This document shows positions 1 to 11,858 of a stretch of 64,000 nt of DNA, piece by piece. Below the pieces are notes generated by a model, which was not told the DNA's origin, searched no databases, and saw only the letters and a list, made by a program, of their open reading frames with translations. This DNA comes from Terracidiphilus sp. (GTDB taxonomy: Bacteria > Acidobacteriota > Terriglobia > Terriglobales > Acidobacteriaceae). A program made the position numbers and the translations under genes. The DNA lies in assembly GCA_049976805.1 (NCBI GenBank), contig JBMFHN010000001.1, positions 1,265-65,264 on the forward strand, in the 5' to 3' direction. The first letter of the stretch is position 1, and every line of letters starts with the position of its first letter.

Positions 1-1157
1 TAGTCATCCACGTCGTGTGTGGATCCGGCAAACATGTTGTCGTAATTCGGTTCGGCGGCATAGCCCGAGAAGATGTAGTCGGTGCCAGGCAGGAACTGCA
101 TCAGCATGCGCGCCGTGTTGCGCTCGATCGAATGGGTGAACGTCTGGTCGTTTCCCGAAGCCACTTCCAGGTTCATCAGCACGGTACAGACATTTTCCGC
201 CAACACCGTCTTGATGCCCGCCGGAACGGAGCCAGGAACGCCGATGACACTGATGGAACCATTCTGCAGCCCCTGGACTCCAGCGCCCTTGGTGATCATG
301 ATGCAGCGGATTTCCAGATAGAGCATCGACTTGCCTTCCGCATAGCCCATCTGCACTTCCGAACCCGTGCCCGAGGTAAAGCGCATCTTGAGGCCGCGGG
401 AAGCATAGGCCGAAGCCAGAAAAGCCTTCGACCAGGGCGTGTCGTCGCCGTCCACAAACACCTGCTCGGTTCCATACACGGATACCGTCTCGGCGTAGTG
501 GGTCAGCCCGCGCATTCCCATGCTCAGTTCCAGTGCTTCTTCGACTGCGCACTGGGCGAGAACTCCCGGGCGTCCGGTCTGTCCGCCCACAAGCAGAGCC
601 ATGGCGTTCATGGGAGCGTAGCGAACCACGCCAACCGTGGTTTCAATTTCAGCAAAGCCTCGGTAGGCAGCCTCGGCCGCGTCTGCGGCCAGCAGCGGAG
701 CCGAGTCTTTCAGATTCGTTACGTGAGCCTGATTCATGGGCGTCTTGCGGGAGCGCAGCTTCTGCATCGCCATCATCAGTTCCACAACATTCAGCTCACG
801 GAGGATGGCGACGATTTTCGCCGGTGACAGGCCAACCGACAGGCGGACCAGCTCCGCGCGCGGCACGTTGATGTCCACCAGCATGCGCGCAAACTTCACG
901 CAGTCGATGGCCATCGCTTCTTCAGCAACCGTCTTGTCAATGCAGTGATCGGCAATGAAGGTATCGATCAGATCGAAGTCTTCACGCGGCTTTCCGTCCA
1001 GCTCGACCACCACGCCGTTTTCGATCCTGATGCTGGGCTGGGGGTCATTCGGGCTGTCCATGGCGACCAGTCCCACATCGACCCATTCCTTGATGAATCC
1101 GTCCTTGTTGACCGGTCGGTCGGCAAGCACTTGGAAACGCTTCTGTCTTTTCGCCAT
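1..1157 (-). CDS. pduC: B12-dependent diol/glycerol dehydratase large subunit (PduC-like); C-terminal part lies beyond the window edge
   Basis: I translated the minus strand from the ATG at 1157, which has AAGGAGG 6 nt upstream. It reads MAKRQKRFQVLADRPVNKDGFIKEWVDVGLVAMDSPNDPQPSI...GDDTPWSKAFLASAYASRGLKMRFTSGTGSEVQMGYAEGKSMLYLE...PNYDNMFAGS. This is nearly colinear with enterobacterial PduC as I remember it. It is absent from the ORF track because the frame stays open to the window edge. Confidence 0.9.
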   Translation of the reverse strand, partial: MAKRQKRFQVLADRPVNKDGFIKEWVDVGLVAMDSPNDPQPSIRIENGVVVELDGKPREDFDLIDTFIADHCIDKTVAEEAMAIDCVKFARMLVDINVPRAELVRLSVGLSPAKIVAILRELNVVELMMAMQKLRSRKTPMNQAHVTNLKDSAPLLAADAAEAAYRGFAEIETTVGVVRYAPMNAMALLVGGQTGRPGVLAQCAVEEALELSMGMRGLTHYAETVSVYGTEQVFVDGDDTPWSKAFLASAYASRGLKMRFTSGTGSEVQMGYAEGKSMLYLEIRCIMITKGAGVQGLQNGSISVIGVPGSVPAGIKTVLAENVCTVLMNLEVASGNDQTFTHSIERNTARMLMQFLPGTDYIFSGYAAEPNYDNMFAGSTHDVDD

Positions 1158-1168
1158 TGCAGACCTCC

Positions 1169-1975
1169 TTAGATGTACGGTGTTCCGAGTGACTTCGGCG
1201 TTTCTCCCCACCCGCAAAGAAGCTTGTTACCCACTTCGCGGCCGGAGATCACAGCCTGCCGCACGGCGCCCGAGTCCCCCGTGATCCAGATGAAGACTTC
1301 GTTGCTGAGGCTGGTGTTCTTCTTCGGAGTTCCGAGGCCCAGCACCTCGACATCAGCAGCCTTGACCGCGGTGTCGATCATCAACATGCCGATGACGGCC
1401 GGAGCGCCGAGAATCAGGCCAAAAGCCCTGCCCTCGGGAACGCCGAAGGCCTTGCTCAGAACCTTGCTGGCGCGAGCCGTGTACTGGTTTTCGGTGTATC
1501 CCTGGTTGTTCGCGTACACATCGCCGAAATATTTGTGCAGGCTTCCCAGGGTCACTTCCACGGCGCGGCGGGCGTCGGAGACGTCCTCAGCGCCAAAGAT
1601 GATCAAGTTGCCGTGGCCGGCTCCGCCCTTGGTATCTCTCGGCATTTCGATCAGGATGACTTCGGTGTTGGTGGCCTTGATCGCTTCATCGGCCGCCATC
1701 AGTTGCGGACCTGCTCCCACACGTCCACCGATCACGCCGATCGATCGGTACTTGGTGTCGAAACCAAACAACTGATGAATCGCCGGATCAAGGTTCGCAA
1801 TCACGATGCCCTGCGTATCGCCGTCCGCAACGCCGATATACTCCGTGAGATGCGTCAGGTCGGAAGCGACAGCCTTAGCCTCCGGGGGCGCGCTCGTAGC
1901 GGCTGCAGGTGCCGCACTCGCCCGCTTCATGACTTCCTGCAAAACTTTGTTGATCAAATTTTCTGACTCTGACAT
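1169..1975 (-). CDS. pduB: BMC-T tandem-domain microcompartment shell protein (PduB-like)
   Basis: 268 aa. Motifs LTEYIGVADGDTQGIVIANLD, YRSIGVIGGRVGAGPQLMAADEAIKATNTEV, PRDTKGGAGHG and ITGDSGAVRQAV match PduB along its full length. It ends 12 nt before the pduC start. Confidence 0.9.
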   Translation of the reverse strand: MSESENLINKVLQEVMKRASAAPAAATSAPPEAKAVASDLTHLTEYIGVADGDTQGIVIANLDPAIHQLFGFDTKYRSIGVIGGRVGAGPQLMAADEAIKATNTEVILIEMPRDTKGGAGHGNLIIFGAEDVSDARRAVEVTLGSLHKYFGDVYANNQGYTENQYTARASKVLSKAFGVPEGRAFGLILGAPAVIGMLMIDTAVKAADVEVLGLGTPKKNTSLSNEVFIWITGDSGAVRQAVISGREVGNKLLCGWGETPKSLGTPYI

Positions 1976-2027
1976 CGATCATTCCTCCACGTGATATCCG
2001 ATTACGCGGGTAATCCGTCGCGGTTCG

Positions 2028-2321
2028 CTATATAGCCTCGGGGGTGGCGGGCAAAATCTTCTCCACATCCATGTGCGGCCTCGGAATCACGTGCACCGAA
2101 ACCACTTCGCCAACTTTGGCGGCAGCGGCGCTTCCAGCATCGGTCGCGGCCTTCACCGCGCCCACATCGCCGCGGACAAATACGGTGACCAGGCCGGCGC
2201 CAATCTTCGTCTGCCCGACCAGAACCACATTTGCGGCCTTGACCATCGCATCGGCTGCTTCAATGCTTGCGACCAAGCCGCGCGTTTCGATCAGTCCCAA
2301 CGCTTCTTTTTCCTTTGCCAT
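2028..2321 (-). CDS. pduA: BMC-H hexameric microcompartment shell protein (PduA/EutM-like)
   Basis: 97 aa, [31 protein letters not shown]...[17 protein letters not shown]. This is the canonical BMC domain. The order A-B-C matches pduABC. Confidence 0.9.
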   Translation of the reverse strand: MAKEKEALGLIETRGLVASIEAADAMVKAANVVLVGQTKIGAGLVTVFVRGDVGAVKAATDAGSAAAAKVGEVVSVHVIPRPHMDVEKILPATPEAI

Positions 2322-2439
2322 CTGACCTTCTCCTTGGTGACGGTTGTTTGCATTTAGAGCGAAGGCAAACGGCTACCTCTCCATCTGCCCCAGACCGCAG
2401 CTCTTCCTGTGTCGAGCTACGGGTATCCGGCCCCTTGAA

Positions 2440-2455
2440 TGCACGCAAGGCGCCA
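2440..2455 (-). promoter_or_regulatory. Candidate sigma54 -24/-12 promoter for the BMC operon
   Basis: The minus strand reads TGGCGCcttgcGTGCA against the consensus TGGCAC-N5-TTGCW. GG/GC spacing is correct. It sits about 120 nt upstream of the pduA ATG, with a sigma54 activator gene immediately upstream. Confidence 0.35.
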
Positions 2456-2551
2456 CAAGAAGATGCCCCCCTCCTTTTTCCCGCAACCTTGCTGTCTTCT
2501 TGCAGATGCGCAAAAGATTTCCACCGGCGGCAGCGCGCCGGGACCTGTCCG

Positions 2552-2591
2552 TGTCAGGTTTTTTGACAGGAGTTGACAGCGAACTTCGTCA
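2552..2591. promoter_or_regulatory. Two adjacent inverted repeats, a candidate enhancer (UAS) for the PocR-type sigma54 activator
   Basis: TGTCA-N7-TGACA at 2552-2568 and TGAC-N10-GTCA at 2574-2591. They lie about 100-150 nt upstream of the candidate -24/-12 element on the pduA side. Confidence 0.3.
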
Positions 2592-2876
2592 GCAGGCTGC
2601 TCAAAAGATCTGCCTGCTTCCGTTCTTGAGGATCGGGGATGAAGAGTCGGCATCGCACCCCGCGGTGGTGTGGGGATTCGCATGGAGGAGCGGAAGACTG
2701 CGTGCCGGAACAAGCGCCTGAAAGTGCGCGGAAGCGGACGAAAAACGATCCTCCTCTTTCCCTTTCATCCTGCGCCGCTCGTTCACCGAACGGAGCAGGA
2801 TGAAAGTTCAGGATCAGGACCGCCTGGAATTTCTACCGATAGGGAGTCGTACGGGAGGCTCCGCTGTTTTTCGCGC

Positions 2877-5027
2877 TCAGGCCTGCTGCCGCGGAATTCC
2901 CAGTCTTTTCATGCGGTACAGCAGCGTCGTGCGGGGAATTCCCAGTCGCGAAGCCGCTCCATCCCGCCCGCTCAGCACCCAGTTGGTTTCATGCAAGATC
3001 TGTTCGATATGATTGCGTTCCATCTCGAAAAGGGTTCCGCGCGGCTGAGGCTGCCTGGCCGGTTTCTCCGTGGGCGGTAGTTTCGCCTGTCCCAGTTCCG
3101 CAAACGGCGAGAGCAGGATATTTCCCGGAGAAAGGATGACCGCTCTCTGGATCAGATTCTGCATTTCACGAATATTTCCCGGCCAGTGGTAGCGTGTCAG
3201 CTGTTCCATCACGCTGGCGGGAATCTCCTCGATCTTGCGATGCATCTTGCGGGTGTACTCAGCGACAAAATGCCGCACCAGCAAGGGAATATCCTCTGTT
3301 CGTTCGCGCAATGAAGGCAGGTGAATGGGGAAAACATTCAAACGGTAAAACAGATCTGCCCGGAACTGGTTATCCAGCATCATGCTTTCCAGATCCCGAT
3401 TGGTTGCCGCAACCAGGCGAACGTCCACCTTGATCGGCCGGGTGCTTCCCAGCCTTTCAAATTCCTGTTCCTGCAAGACCCGGAGCAGCTTGGGTTGCAA
3501 TTCCGGAGGAATGTCGCCCACTTCATCCAGAAACAGCGTTCCTCCGTTGGCCAGCTCAAAGCGCCCGATCTTCCGGGTCGTCGCTCCGGTAAACGCCCCC
3601 TTTTCGTGACCAAAAAGCTCACTTTCCAAAAGGGTTGCGGGGATGGCCGCGCAGCTCATCTTCACAAACATCATGTCGCGACGCCGGCTTCGATTGTGGA
3701 TCTCGCGCGCCACCAGCTCCTTGCCCGTTCCGGTCTCTCCGCGGATCAGCACCGTCGAATCGGTCTTGGCGACATTGGCAATGAGCTCAATGGCCTTGCG
3801 GATGGAGTGGCTGTCGCCGAGAATATGTTCCGCCTCCTGGCTGGCCTGGATTTCATTCGTCAGATACAGGTTTTCGCCCACCAGCCGCTCACTGGACCGG
3901 CTCAACTGCTGATACTGCAGCGCATTCTCCATGGCGATCGCCACCTGGCGAGCGACCTGCGTCAGAAAATTCATGTCGTGCTCGGAGAAAAACTCCTTGC
4001 GCCGGTCGCTCAGATGCAGCACGGCGAGTGTGCGGCCGGCTCCCCGCACGGGGATAAAGCACCCGGAATGAAATCCCTCACTTCGATTGATGCTCTGCAC
4101 GTGCGGGTTGGGCCCTTCGGGGGGATTCCCGTAGCGATACGGCTTGCCGGTGGCAAAGGCAATTCCCGGACCAGAGCCTTCAATTTCCATCACCACGCCT
4201 TCGCGGAGAAACCCGTTGCTGGTGGGAAAATCGAGCCCTCGAATGCGGAATCGCCGGGCATCGGCATCGGGCATCGACATGCACACGGAATCGCATTGCA
4301 TGGCATGGCGAACACTTGCGGGAATCAGATGGAAAAGCTCTCCCAGGTCCAGCTTTGACACCACTGCGTTGTTGACGTCGAGCAGCAATTTGAGTCGCTC
4401 CTGGCTTTCCCGCAACGCGATTTCCGCCTGCTTCCGCTCCGCGATGTGCAGCGACTGCTGCAGATTCTGGTAGGCCCGCTGGGACAACTGGTTGGCAAAG
4501 ATGAAGACCAGGTTGGCGATTTCCTTGAACTGCTCCAGCGACATGGTGGGAACTTCCTGCAGCGCCTGACGGAACTCTTCCTCGTCGGCCCCGATCTCCC
4601 GCGCGTAACGGAGCATCTGCGCCTCGTCGTTCAGTTCGTTCTTCACCTGTCCGATCAGCCAATTGCCCACATGCTGGCCGCCCACGGTGATGCTGGCGCC
4701 GGCGTCCCACAATCCTCCACTCATGCAAATCTGAATAATCGGCCCCTGATCGTTCTGTCTGCCGATGATCGAGTCGGAATGAAAGCAATTCATCCGGCCT
4801 TTTTCCGTTTTTCGCACAATATCATTACATAAACGGCAGAAATTGCTGTAGTTACATACGGGAGTTCCATCGGGAAGCGTGATAATCGACGCGACATGGG
4901 TGGCAATCGCAAAAGCGTCTTGAATCTTTTGCAACTCTTCGACACTGAACAAGTCGGTCAGGGAGATTCTCGGGAATATCTTTTTCCCCTCGGATTTCTC
5001 TTCCTTGGCTTTGGACGCTGTGAGCAT
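2877..5027 (-). CDS. Sigma54-dependent transcriptional activator with PocR-like sensor, GAF, AAA+ and Fis-type HTH domains
   Basis: N-terminal stretch [31 protein letters not shown]...NFCRLC...GRMNCFHSD...[29 protein letters not shown] looks like a PocR sensory domain. A GAF-like middle region follows. The AAA+ core has GETGTGKE and the GAFTGA loop, and the C terminus has an HTH ([13 protein letters not shown]). The track ORF starts at 5165, but I prefer the ATG at 5027 because AAGGAGGA lies upstream of it. Confidence 0.85.
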   Translation of the reverse strand: MLTASKAKEEKSEGKKIFPRISLTDLFSVEELQKIQDAFAIATHVASIITLPDGTPVCNYSNFCRLCNDIVRKTEKGRMNCFHSDSIIGRQNDQGPIIQICMSGGLWDAGASITVGGQHVGNWLIGQVKNELNDEAQMLRYAREIGADEEEFRQALQEVPTMSLEQFKEIANLVFIFANQLSQRAYQNLQQSLHIAERKQAEIALRESQERLKLLLDVNNAVVSKLDLGELFHLIPASVRHAMQCDSVCMSMPDADARRFRIRGLDFPTSNGFLREGVVMEIEGSGPGIAFATGKPYRYGNPPEGPNPHVQSINRSEGFHSGCFIPVRGAGRTLAVLHLSDRRKEFFSEHDMNFLTQVARQVAIAMENALQYQQLSRSSERLVGENLYLTNEIQASQEAEHILGDSHSIRKAIELIANVAKTDSTVLIRGETGTGKELVAREIHNRSRRRDMMFVKMSCAAIPATLLESELFGHEKGAFTGATTRKIGRFELANGGTLFLDEVGDIPPELQPKLLRVLQEQEFERLGSTRPIKVDVRLVAATNRDLESMMLDNQFRADLFYRLNVFPIHLPSLRERTEDIPLLVRHFVAEYTRKMHRKIEEIPASVMEQLTRYHWPGNIREMQNLIQRAVILSPGNILLSPFAELGQAKLPPTEKPARQPQPRGTLFEMERNHIEQILHETNWVLSGRDGAASRLGIPRTTLLYRMKRLGIPRQQA

Positions 5028-5325
5028 CTCCAATTTGGGTATCCTCCTTGCCGGGTTCGGCCATTCCGCCCCCTTGCTGTGCACCCGGATCACCCGCCCG
5101 GAGAACGCACAACATGATGACATACGATTCCTGTCCACTGTCAAGCAGTGTCGAAAAGTTGACATTCATGCAGTGTGTTGCCAACTGGAACCGCACTTGC
5201 CTTGGCCCATCCCCGAAGAGGCGTCAGCGCGGGGACTTCGAAGGGCGATGCGGAGATCGACAACGGGCCGAAGATGGAAGTCTGCAAGGGTCGAACCAGA
5301 ATCAGGGCAGCCGTTCCTGTAGAGT

Positions 5326-7500
<2,175 letters not shown>

Positions 7501-7547
7501 GGAAGTCTGGTGGCCCTGCGCAGCGGAGACAAACGGCTCCGCGCCGC

Positions 7548-9146
7548 TTACCGGTTCGCCGGACACACACAACGCTGGTAATCCTGTGCGGTGTCGTTCG
7601 ACAACAAACAGACATATTGTGGCCAGAATGCCCGCAGCACAGGAGAAAGATGACCCAGCGAGAAGTCGTCGATGTATCTCTGACTGGCCTCCGTCTTCGC
7701 GCCCGGATCCGCCGCGAATCCGGCAATCAGCTTTTTGACAGCCGGAGCGGAAAAGAGGGGCTGGTGGAAGCTGCGCGCGAAATCGTATTCTTCCCGCCAG
7801 GAGGTGCCGGCACCGGTCAGGTTCGAGGCGGCATAAACGCGGTAATCCACGAGCGCGGCGGAGACCGGATCGACCTCGGCGACCGTAAACGAAGGGGAAT
7901 TTCCGTGGATCGGCGAGATGGAGGCGATCATCTTGACGGCAACGCCCTGCGCGGATGCGCTCCGCGGGCCATCCGGCCGCAGGAGGCGCAGTTCGTCCAT
8001 GTGAGTGTGCGCAAAGATGGCCAGCCGGATCACATCGCCCGAGCCGGCCAGCACCTCGGCCAGTTTTTCCGAGGACAGGAACATCGCCGGACGCTGGCCT
8101 CCGCATACATTGTCCAGCCGGATGATGGTCGAATAGAGATCGACGCCCGGCGGAATGTGGCCCATGATCCAGATGTTTTGCCGTCTGGTGCGGGCGAGGG
8201 CAAGTTGCCGCCGAAGCCAGGCCAGCTGAACCGTGGCCGCGGCCGGATCGGCTTTGCCGGCACAGGTCCGGTAGTTGCGCGACAGAAAGATGTCATCGAG
8301 CACCAGCAGGCGCGTGTTTTCGATCGGCGCAGGCAGGGAAACGCTGTAGTAGCCGCCGGCGGCAAAGGTCCGTTGCGCGCCGGATCGCTCACCAGCGGGA
8401 AAATCCCCGGTAATTTCCCGCCCCATGGCTGTCAGGAACCCGCTCTGCATATCGAGCCTGTAGTCGCCGCAGTCGGAGTCGTTATTGCCCAGGGCCAGAT
8501 AAACGGGCACGCCGGGGAAGGCCTGGTAGAGCTTGCTGATTACGTAGTCCAGGCTCTTGCGCACGAACTCCCGGTAGGCCTGCGGTGAAGAGTGGGGAAA
8601 CAGAACGTTGTACTTGCAGGCAAAGGCATGGGAGATCAGATCGCCGCTGACGGTGACGAACCGGGCGCCGCGAGCGGTTGTGCGCATGGCCTCCAGACTG
8701 GAGGCGAAGAGAGGAAAGGAGGTGTCGGAGCCGTGGGTGGGACAACTTCGCTCCAGGGCCGCGAAGTGCCGCTCCCGATCAGGCGAGGCGGGCGCGGCGA
8801 GAATGGCGTCCCAGGCGCTTGCCGGAGCGGCTGCCAGCTGAGAAACCTTGGCGGTATCCCAGAACGGCTCAAAATGAATGTCGCTCAGCAGGAGGGCGGG
8901 AACGGTCCTTCCCGACAGCGCCCCCTGCAGGGCCGATGGCACGGCATCCAGCGGAGCCGATTTCCCCCTCGCCGCTCCGGGTTGTGCGATCTGCGCCAGA
9001 GCCGCGCTGGCCAGCAGCAGGAGGCCGGCCAACACGCCACAGCACCCAGCGCGTGCGCGCCGAAGAACGGAGGGCAGCCTCGCTTGCAGGGTGAAGCCCC
9101 CGGCTGCCGCTTCCAGTTCGTTTCCGGATTGCGCCAGATCCCTCAC
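7548..9146 (-). CDS. Secreted calcineurin-like metallophosphoesterase (acid-sphingomyelinase-like phosphodiesterase family)
   Basis: LLLSDIHFEP, SGDLISH, LALGNNDS, MGHIPPG and FAHTHMDE motifs, with a signal-like RRARAGCCGVLAGLLLLASAALA. The track ORF extends to 9494 and overlaps the upstream cyclophilin gene. I placed the start tentatively at the GTG at 9146. Confidence 0.7.
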   Translation of the reverse strand: MRDLAQSGNELEAAAGGFTLQARLPSVLRRARAGCCGVLAGLLLLASAALAQIAQPGAARGKSAPLDAVPSALQGALSGRTVPALLLSDIHFEPFWDTAKVSQLAAAPASAWDAILAAPASPDRERHFAALERSCPTHGSDTSFPLFASSLEAMRTTARGARFVTVSGDLISHAFACKYNVLFPHSSPQAYREFVRKSLDYVISKLYQAFPGVPVYLALGNNDSDCGDYRLDMQSGFLTAMGREITGDFPAGERSGAQRTFAAGGYYSVSLPAPIENTRLLVLDDIFLSRNYRTCAGKADPAAATVQLAWLRRQLALARTRRQNIWIMGHIPPGVDLYSTIIRLDNVCGGQRPAMFLSSEKLAEVLAGSGDVIRLAIFAHTHMDELRLLRPDGPRSASAQGVAVKMIASISPIHGNSPSFTVAEVDPVSAALVDYRVYAASNLTGAGTSWREEYDFARSFHQPLFSAPAVKKLIAGFAADPGAKTEASQRYIDDFSLGHLSPVLRAFWPQYVCLLSNDTAQDYQRCVCPANR

Positions 9147-9261
9147 CGCGTTCTTTCTCCGCCTGCGTCCGGGCCCTGCGGCTTGCGCAATCGTGCCCTT
9201 CCACCCCGGAAGAACACCCGACCGCGCCCGGATCCAGTTGCTTAACCAGATGCCGGATTCT

Positions 9262-9792
9262 CTATCCGACGCGCTCGATGACAACCGACTGGAGCACAAC
9301 GGGCGTCTTGGGTTTGTCCTGACTGTCGCGCTGGACAAGCGAGATTTTGGTGACGATCTCCTGACCTTCGACGACCTCGCCGAAGATGGTGTGGTGGCCG
9401 GTGAGCCAGGGCGTGGGCGCGACGGTGAGGAAGAACTGGCAGCCGTTGGTGTTGGGGCCGCTGTTGGCCATGGCCAGCTTGCCGGCGCGGTCAAAGCGAT
9501 GCGGAGAGCCCTTGGTTTCGTCGGCGAAACGATAGCCGGGTCCGCCCATGCCCGTGCCTGTGGGGTCGCCGCCCTGGATCATGAAATCGGGAATGACGCG
9601 GTGGAAGACGGTGCCGTCATACAGCTTGTCCTTGGATTTCTGCCGCGTGGCGGGGTGGGTCCACTCCTTTGCGCCCTCGGCCAGTTCGATGAAGTTCCTG
9701 ACGGTGACGGGGGCGTCGGTTTCGAAAAGCCGGACGGTGATCTTGCCTTCGGTGGTGGTGAAGACGGCGTAGGTTCCGGTCGCAAGTGTCAT
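9262..9792 (-). CDS. ppiB: Cyclophilin-type peptidyl-prolyl cis-trans isomerase (cytoplasmic)
   Basis: FHRVIPDFMIQGGDPTGTGMGGPGY and ANSGPNTNGCQFF. I prefer the ATG at 9792, which has AGGAG upstream, over the track start at 9855. Confidence 0.9.
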   Translation of the reverse strand: MTLATGTYAVFTTTEGKITVRLFETDAPVTVRNFIELAEGAKEWTHPATRQKSKDKLYDGTVFHRVIPDFMIQGGDPTGTGMGGPGYRFADETKGSPHRFDRAGKLAMANSGPNTNGCQFFLTVAPTPWLTGHHTIFGEVVEGQEIVTKISLVQRDSQDKPKTPVVLQSVVIERVG

Positions 9793-9974
9793 GGAAATAC
9801 TCCTGGATTTCGTGCCGGATGTGCCGCGGGTCGCGGACCTCGGCAGGGCGGACATCCGGATTCACACATTGTTCTGCGCGGTCGCCTGCTTCCGGCGCTT
9901 TGAGGTTTCCGGCTTGAAGCGAGATCGGAAGAACCGGACGCCTGTGAAGCCGAAGGCAACTGCTGGTTCAGGGC

Positions 9975-10673
9975 TTACGGACTGGGAACCGGCGGCAGCG
10001 GCTGGCCCGCGGGCACGATTGTCACTTTTTTCAACACCACGGGCGTGAGCGGACGGTCATTGGCGTCGCGTGGAACGCGGGCGATGGCTTTGACCACGGC
10101 GAGGCTCGGCGGATCGCACTGACCAAAGATGGTGTAGTGCTGGTCGAGCGACGGATACGGCACTTCGGTGATGAAAAACTGGCTGCCGTCGGTATCAGGA
10201 CCGGCATTGGCCATGGCCAGGCGGCCGGCCACGTCGAAGTTCAGGTTGGGATCGAACTCATCATTGAACTGATAACCGGGACCGCCCATCCCCGTGCCTG
10301 TCGGGTCGCCGCCCTGAATCATGAAATCGGGAATCACACGATGAAAGGTGGTGCCGTTATAGTACGGCTTGCCATGCTCCCGGCGATGGGTGACAGGGTC
10401 GATCCAGTCCTTGGTGCCTTCGGCCAGGCCAATGAAGTTGGCCACGGTCTGGGGCGCCTGCCTTGCGAAGAACTGGCAGGTGATGCGACCCATTGACGTG
10501 TCCATCACCACGGAGGGGCCGTTGGGATGGACGAGGGCTGCGGCGGTGGCCTGCGGAGCCTCCGGTAGATCATCGGCCGACCTGGCGGACTGGCGGGCAA
10601 AAACCGCCATCGAGGTCGAAGCGAAAAAGGCCACGGCCAGCGCGGGAACGAAAAGCGTGGAAGTGATTTTCAT
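9975..10673 (-). CDS. ppiA: Cyclophilin-type peptidyl-prolyl isomerase with signal peptide (periplasmic)
   Basis: N-terminal MKITSTLFVPALAVAFFASTSMAVFA, followed by FHRVIPDFMIQGGDPTGTGMGGPGY and ANAGPDTDGSQFF. Confidence 0.9.
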   Translation of the reverse strand: MKITSTLFVPALAVAFFASTSMAVFARQSARSADDLPEAPQATAAALVHPNGPSVVMDTSMGRITCQFFARQAPQTVANFIGLAEGTKDWIDPVTHRREHGKPYYNGTTFHRVIPDFMIQGGDPTGTGMGGPGYQFNDEFDPNLNFDVAGRLAMANAGPDTDGSQFFITEVPYPSLDQHYTIFGQCDPPSLAVVKAIARVPRDANDRPLTPVVLKKVTIVPAGQPLPPVPSP

Positions 10674-10756
10674 GCCGACTCTGAGGGTACATCATGCAGC
10701 CCGGCGAGGACCAGAGCGCACACCTTTTAGCCTTCCAGGGCGGATCCCGGAGGTCT

Positions 10757-10993
10757 TCAACTGCCTTTCCGGCAGCGCGTCATGATGGCGGCGTGGAGGC
10801 GTTCCCGCAGGTTGGAAGGAAGATCGTAAATCTCATGGGAGCGATAGATTTCAATGGTTTTGCGGGTGGTGTTGAAGATGACTTCGCAGTGCCCGCAGTG
10901 GCCCAGATGATTCTGCAATTCGGCGCGCATATCGGCGTTGACCGTGTCGTCGATCAAGTCGTCGAGCAGAGCGAGAAACTCTTTGCAGGTCAC
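10757..10993 (-). CDS. Zinc-finger (HxxxCxxC) anti-sigma factor, short form
   Basis: 78 aa with HLGHCGHCE. It overlaps the stop of the upstream ECF sigma gene by 4 nt. Confidence 0.7.
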   Translation of the reverse strand: MTCKEFLALLDDLIDDTVNADMRAELQNHLGHCGHCEVIFNTTRKTIEIYRSHEIYDLPSNLRERLHAAIMTRCRKGS

Positions 10994-11637
10994 TGATCCA
11001 CTCCCATTTTTTCCGTTCCCGCCGGTTTGCTCTTGCGAAAATAACGGCTCAGCCGCTCGCGCAGTTGCAACCGGGCCCGCAACAGGCGCGACTTGACGGC
11101 CGGCACGCTCAACCCCAGCGTCTCCGCCGTCTCCTCGGTCGAAAGACCTTCCACATCCCGCAAAACAAACACGATACGAAACCCCGGCGGCAATCCCTGT
11201 ATGGTCTTGCGGAGGATCTCGGCCAACTCGGACTGGTTGTAGTTCTGCTCCGGGTCCGGCGCCCAGTCGGCCAGATCCCGCGGCACACTGCCTTCCTCTG
11301 TCTCAATGTCCTCGTCGATCGAAACCATCTTGCCCGTGCGCCGCTTGCGCAGCCGCATCAGGCTTTCATTGACCGCAATTCGAACCAGCCAGGTATAAAA
11401 CTTCGAGTTCCCCTGAAATTGATCCAGCTTCTCGTACGCCTTCAGGAACGCGTCCTGCATGACGTCCTCGGCGTCCTCGCGGTTTTGCGTGATGTGCTGG
11501 GCGATGCGAAAGACCTGACGCTCGTACTTGCGGACCAGCGCGTCATAGGCTGAATCATCCCCTTCGCGCACCTGCTGAACCAGGGCGACGTCCGGATGCG
11601 GCTCGAATTCTCCTGCTACGGATTGGATGGTCGACAT
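10990..11637 (-). CDS. ECF (sigma-70 family, RpoE-like) RNA polymerase sigma factor
   Basis: Region 2 (DAEDVMQDAFLKAYEKLDQF, FYTWLVRIAVNESLMRLRKRR) and region 4 (LSTEETAETLGLSVPAVKSRLLRARLQLRE). Confidence 0.9.
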   Translation of the reverse strand: MSTIQSVAGEFEPHPDVALVQQVREGDDSAYDALVRKYERQVFRIAQHITQNREDAEDVMQDAFLKAYEKLDQFQGNSKFYTWLVRIAVNESLMRLRKRRTGKMVSIDEDIETEEGSVPRDLADWAPDPEQNYNQSELAEILRKTIQGLPPGFRIVFVLRDVEGLSTEETAETLGLSVPAVKSRLLRARLQLRERLSRYFRKSKPAGTEKMGVDQ

Positions 11638-11858
11638 GGGCGATGGATGCGAGAAATCCTTCGAACCGGCTGCGGGTCGCGCCGAAGATTCGAAGGAACG
11701 GTCCGTTCAAGACGAGTGTACTGGATGGCGGGGCGGAGAAACAAATCGAAATGGAAGCCGTGGCCGCGACGGCGGGAACCGTCCGCGCAGCCGGCTTCGC
11801 GGTAACCCGGGTGGTTCAGCGGGAGCACGGCGTGGCGGAAGCGGCTTAAAGTGGAAGT

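Noticed and set aside
4-1284. Track ORFs 4..552(-), 15..827(+), 533..871(+), 945..1172(+) and 955..1284(+)
   Set aside because: All overlap the minus-strand frame that I translated as a near-full-identity PduC pattern. Their own products are Arg/Ala/Gly-rich with no family signature. They are alternative-frame artefacts of GC-rich coding DNA.
2322-2876. Possible cobalamin riboswitch in the BMC leader
   Set aside because: I found no B12-box-like core by eye. Only a covariance-model scan could exclude it fully.
9147-9494. N-terminal 116 aa of track ORF 7548..9494(-)
   Set aside because: This part is Pro/Ser/Ala/Thr-rich and overlaps the cyclophilin gene on the same strand in another frame. 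The recognisable protein begins with a signal peptide further downstream.
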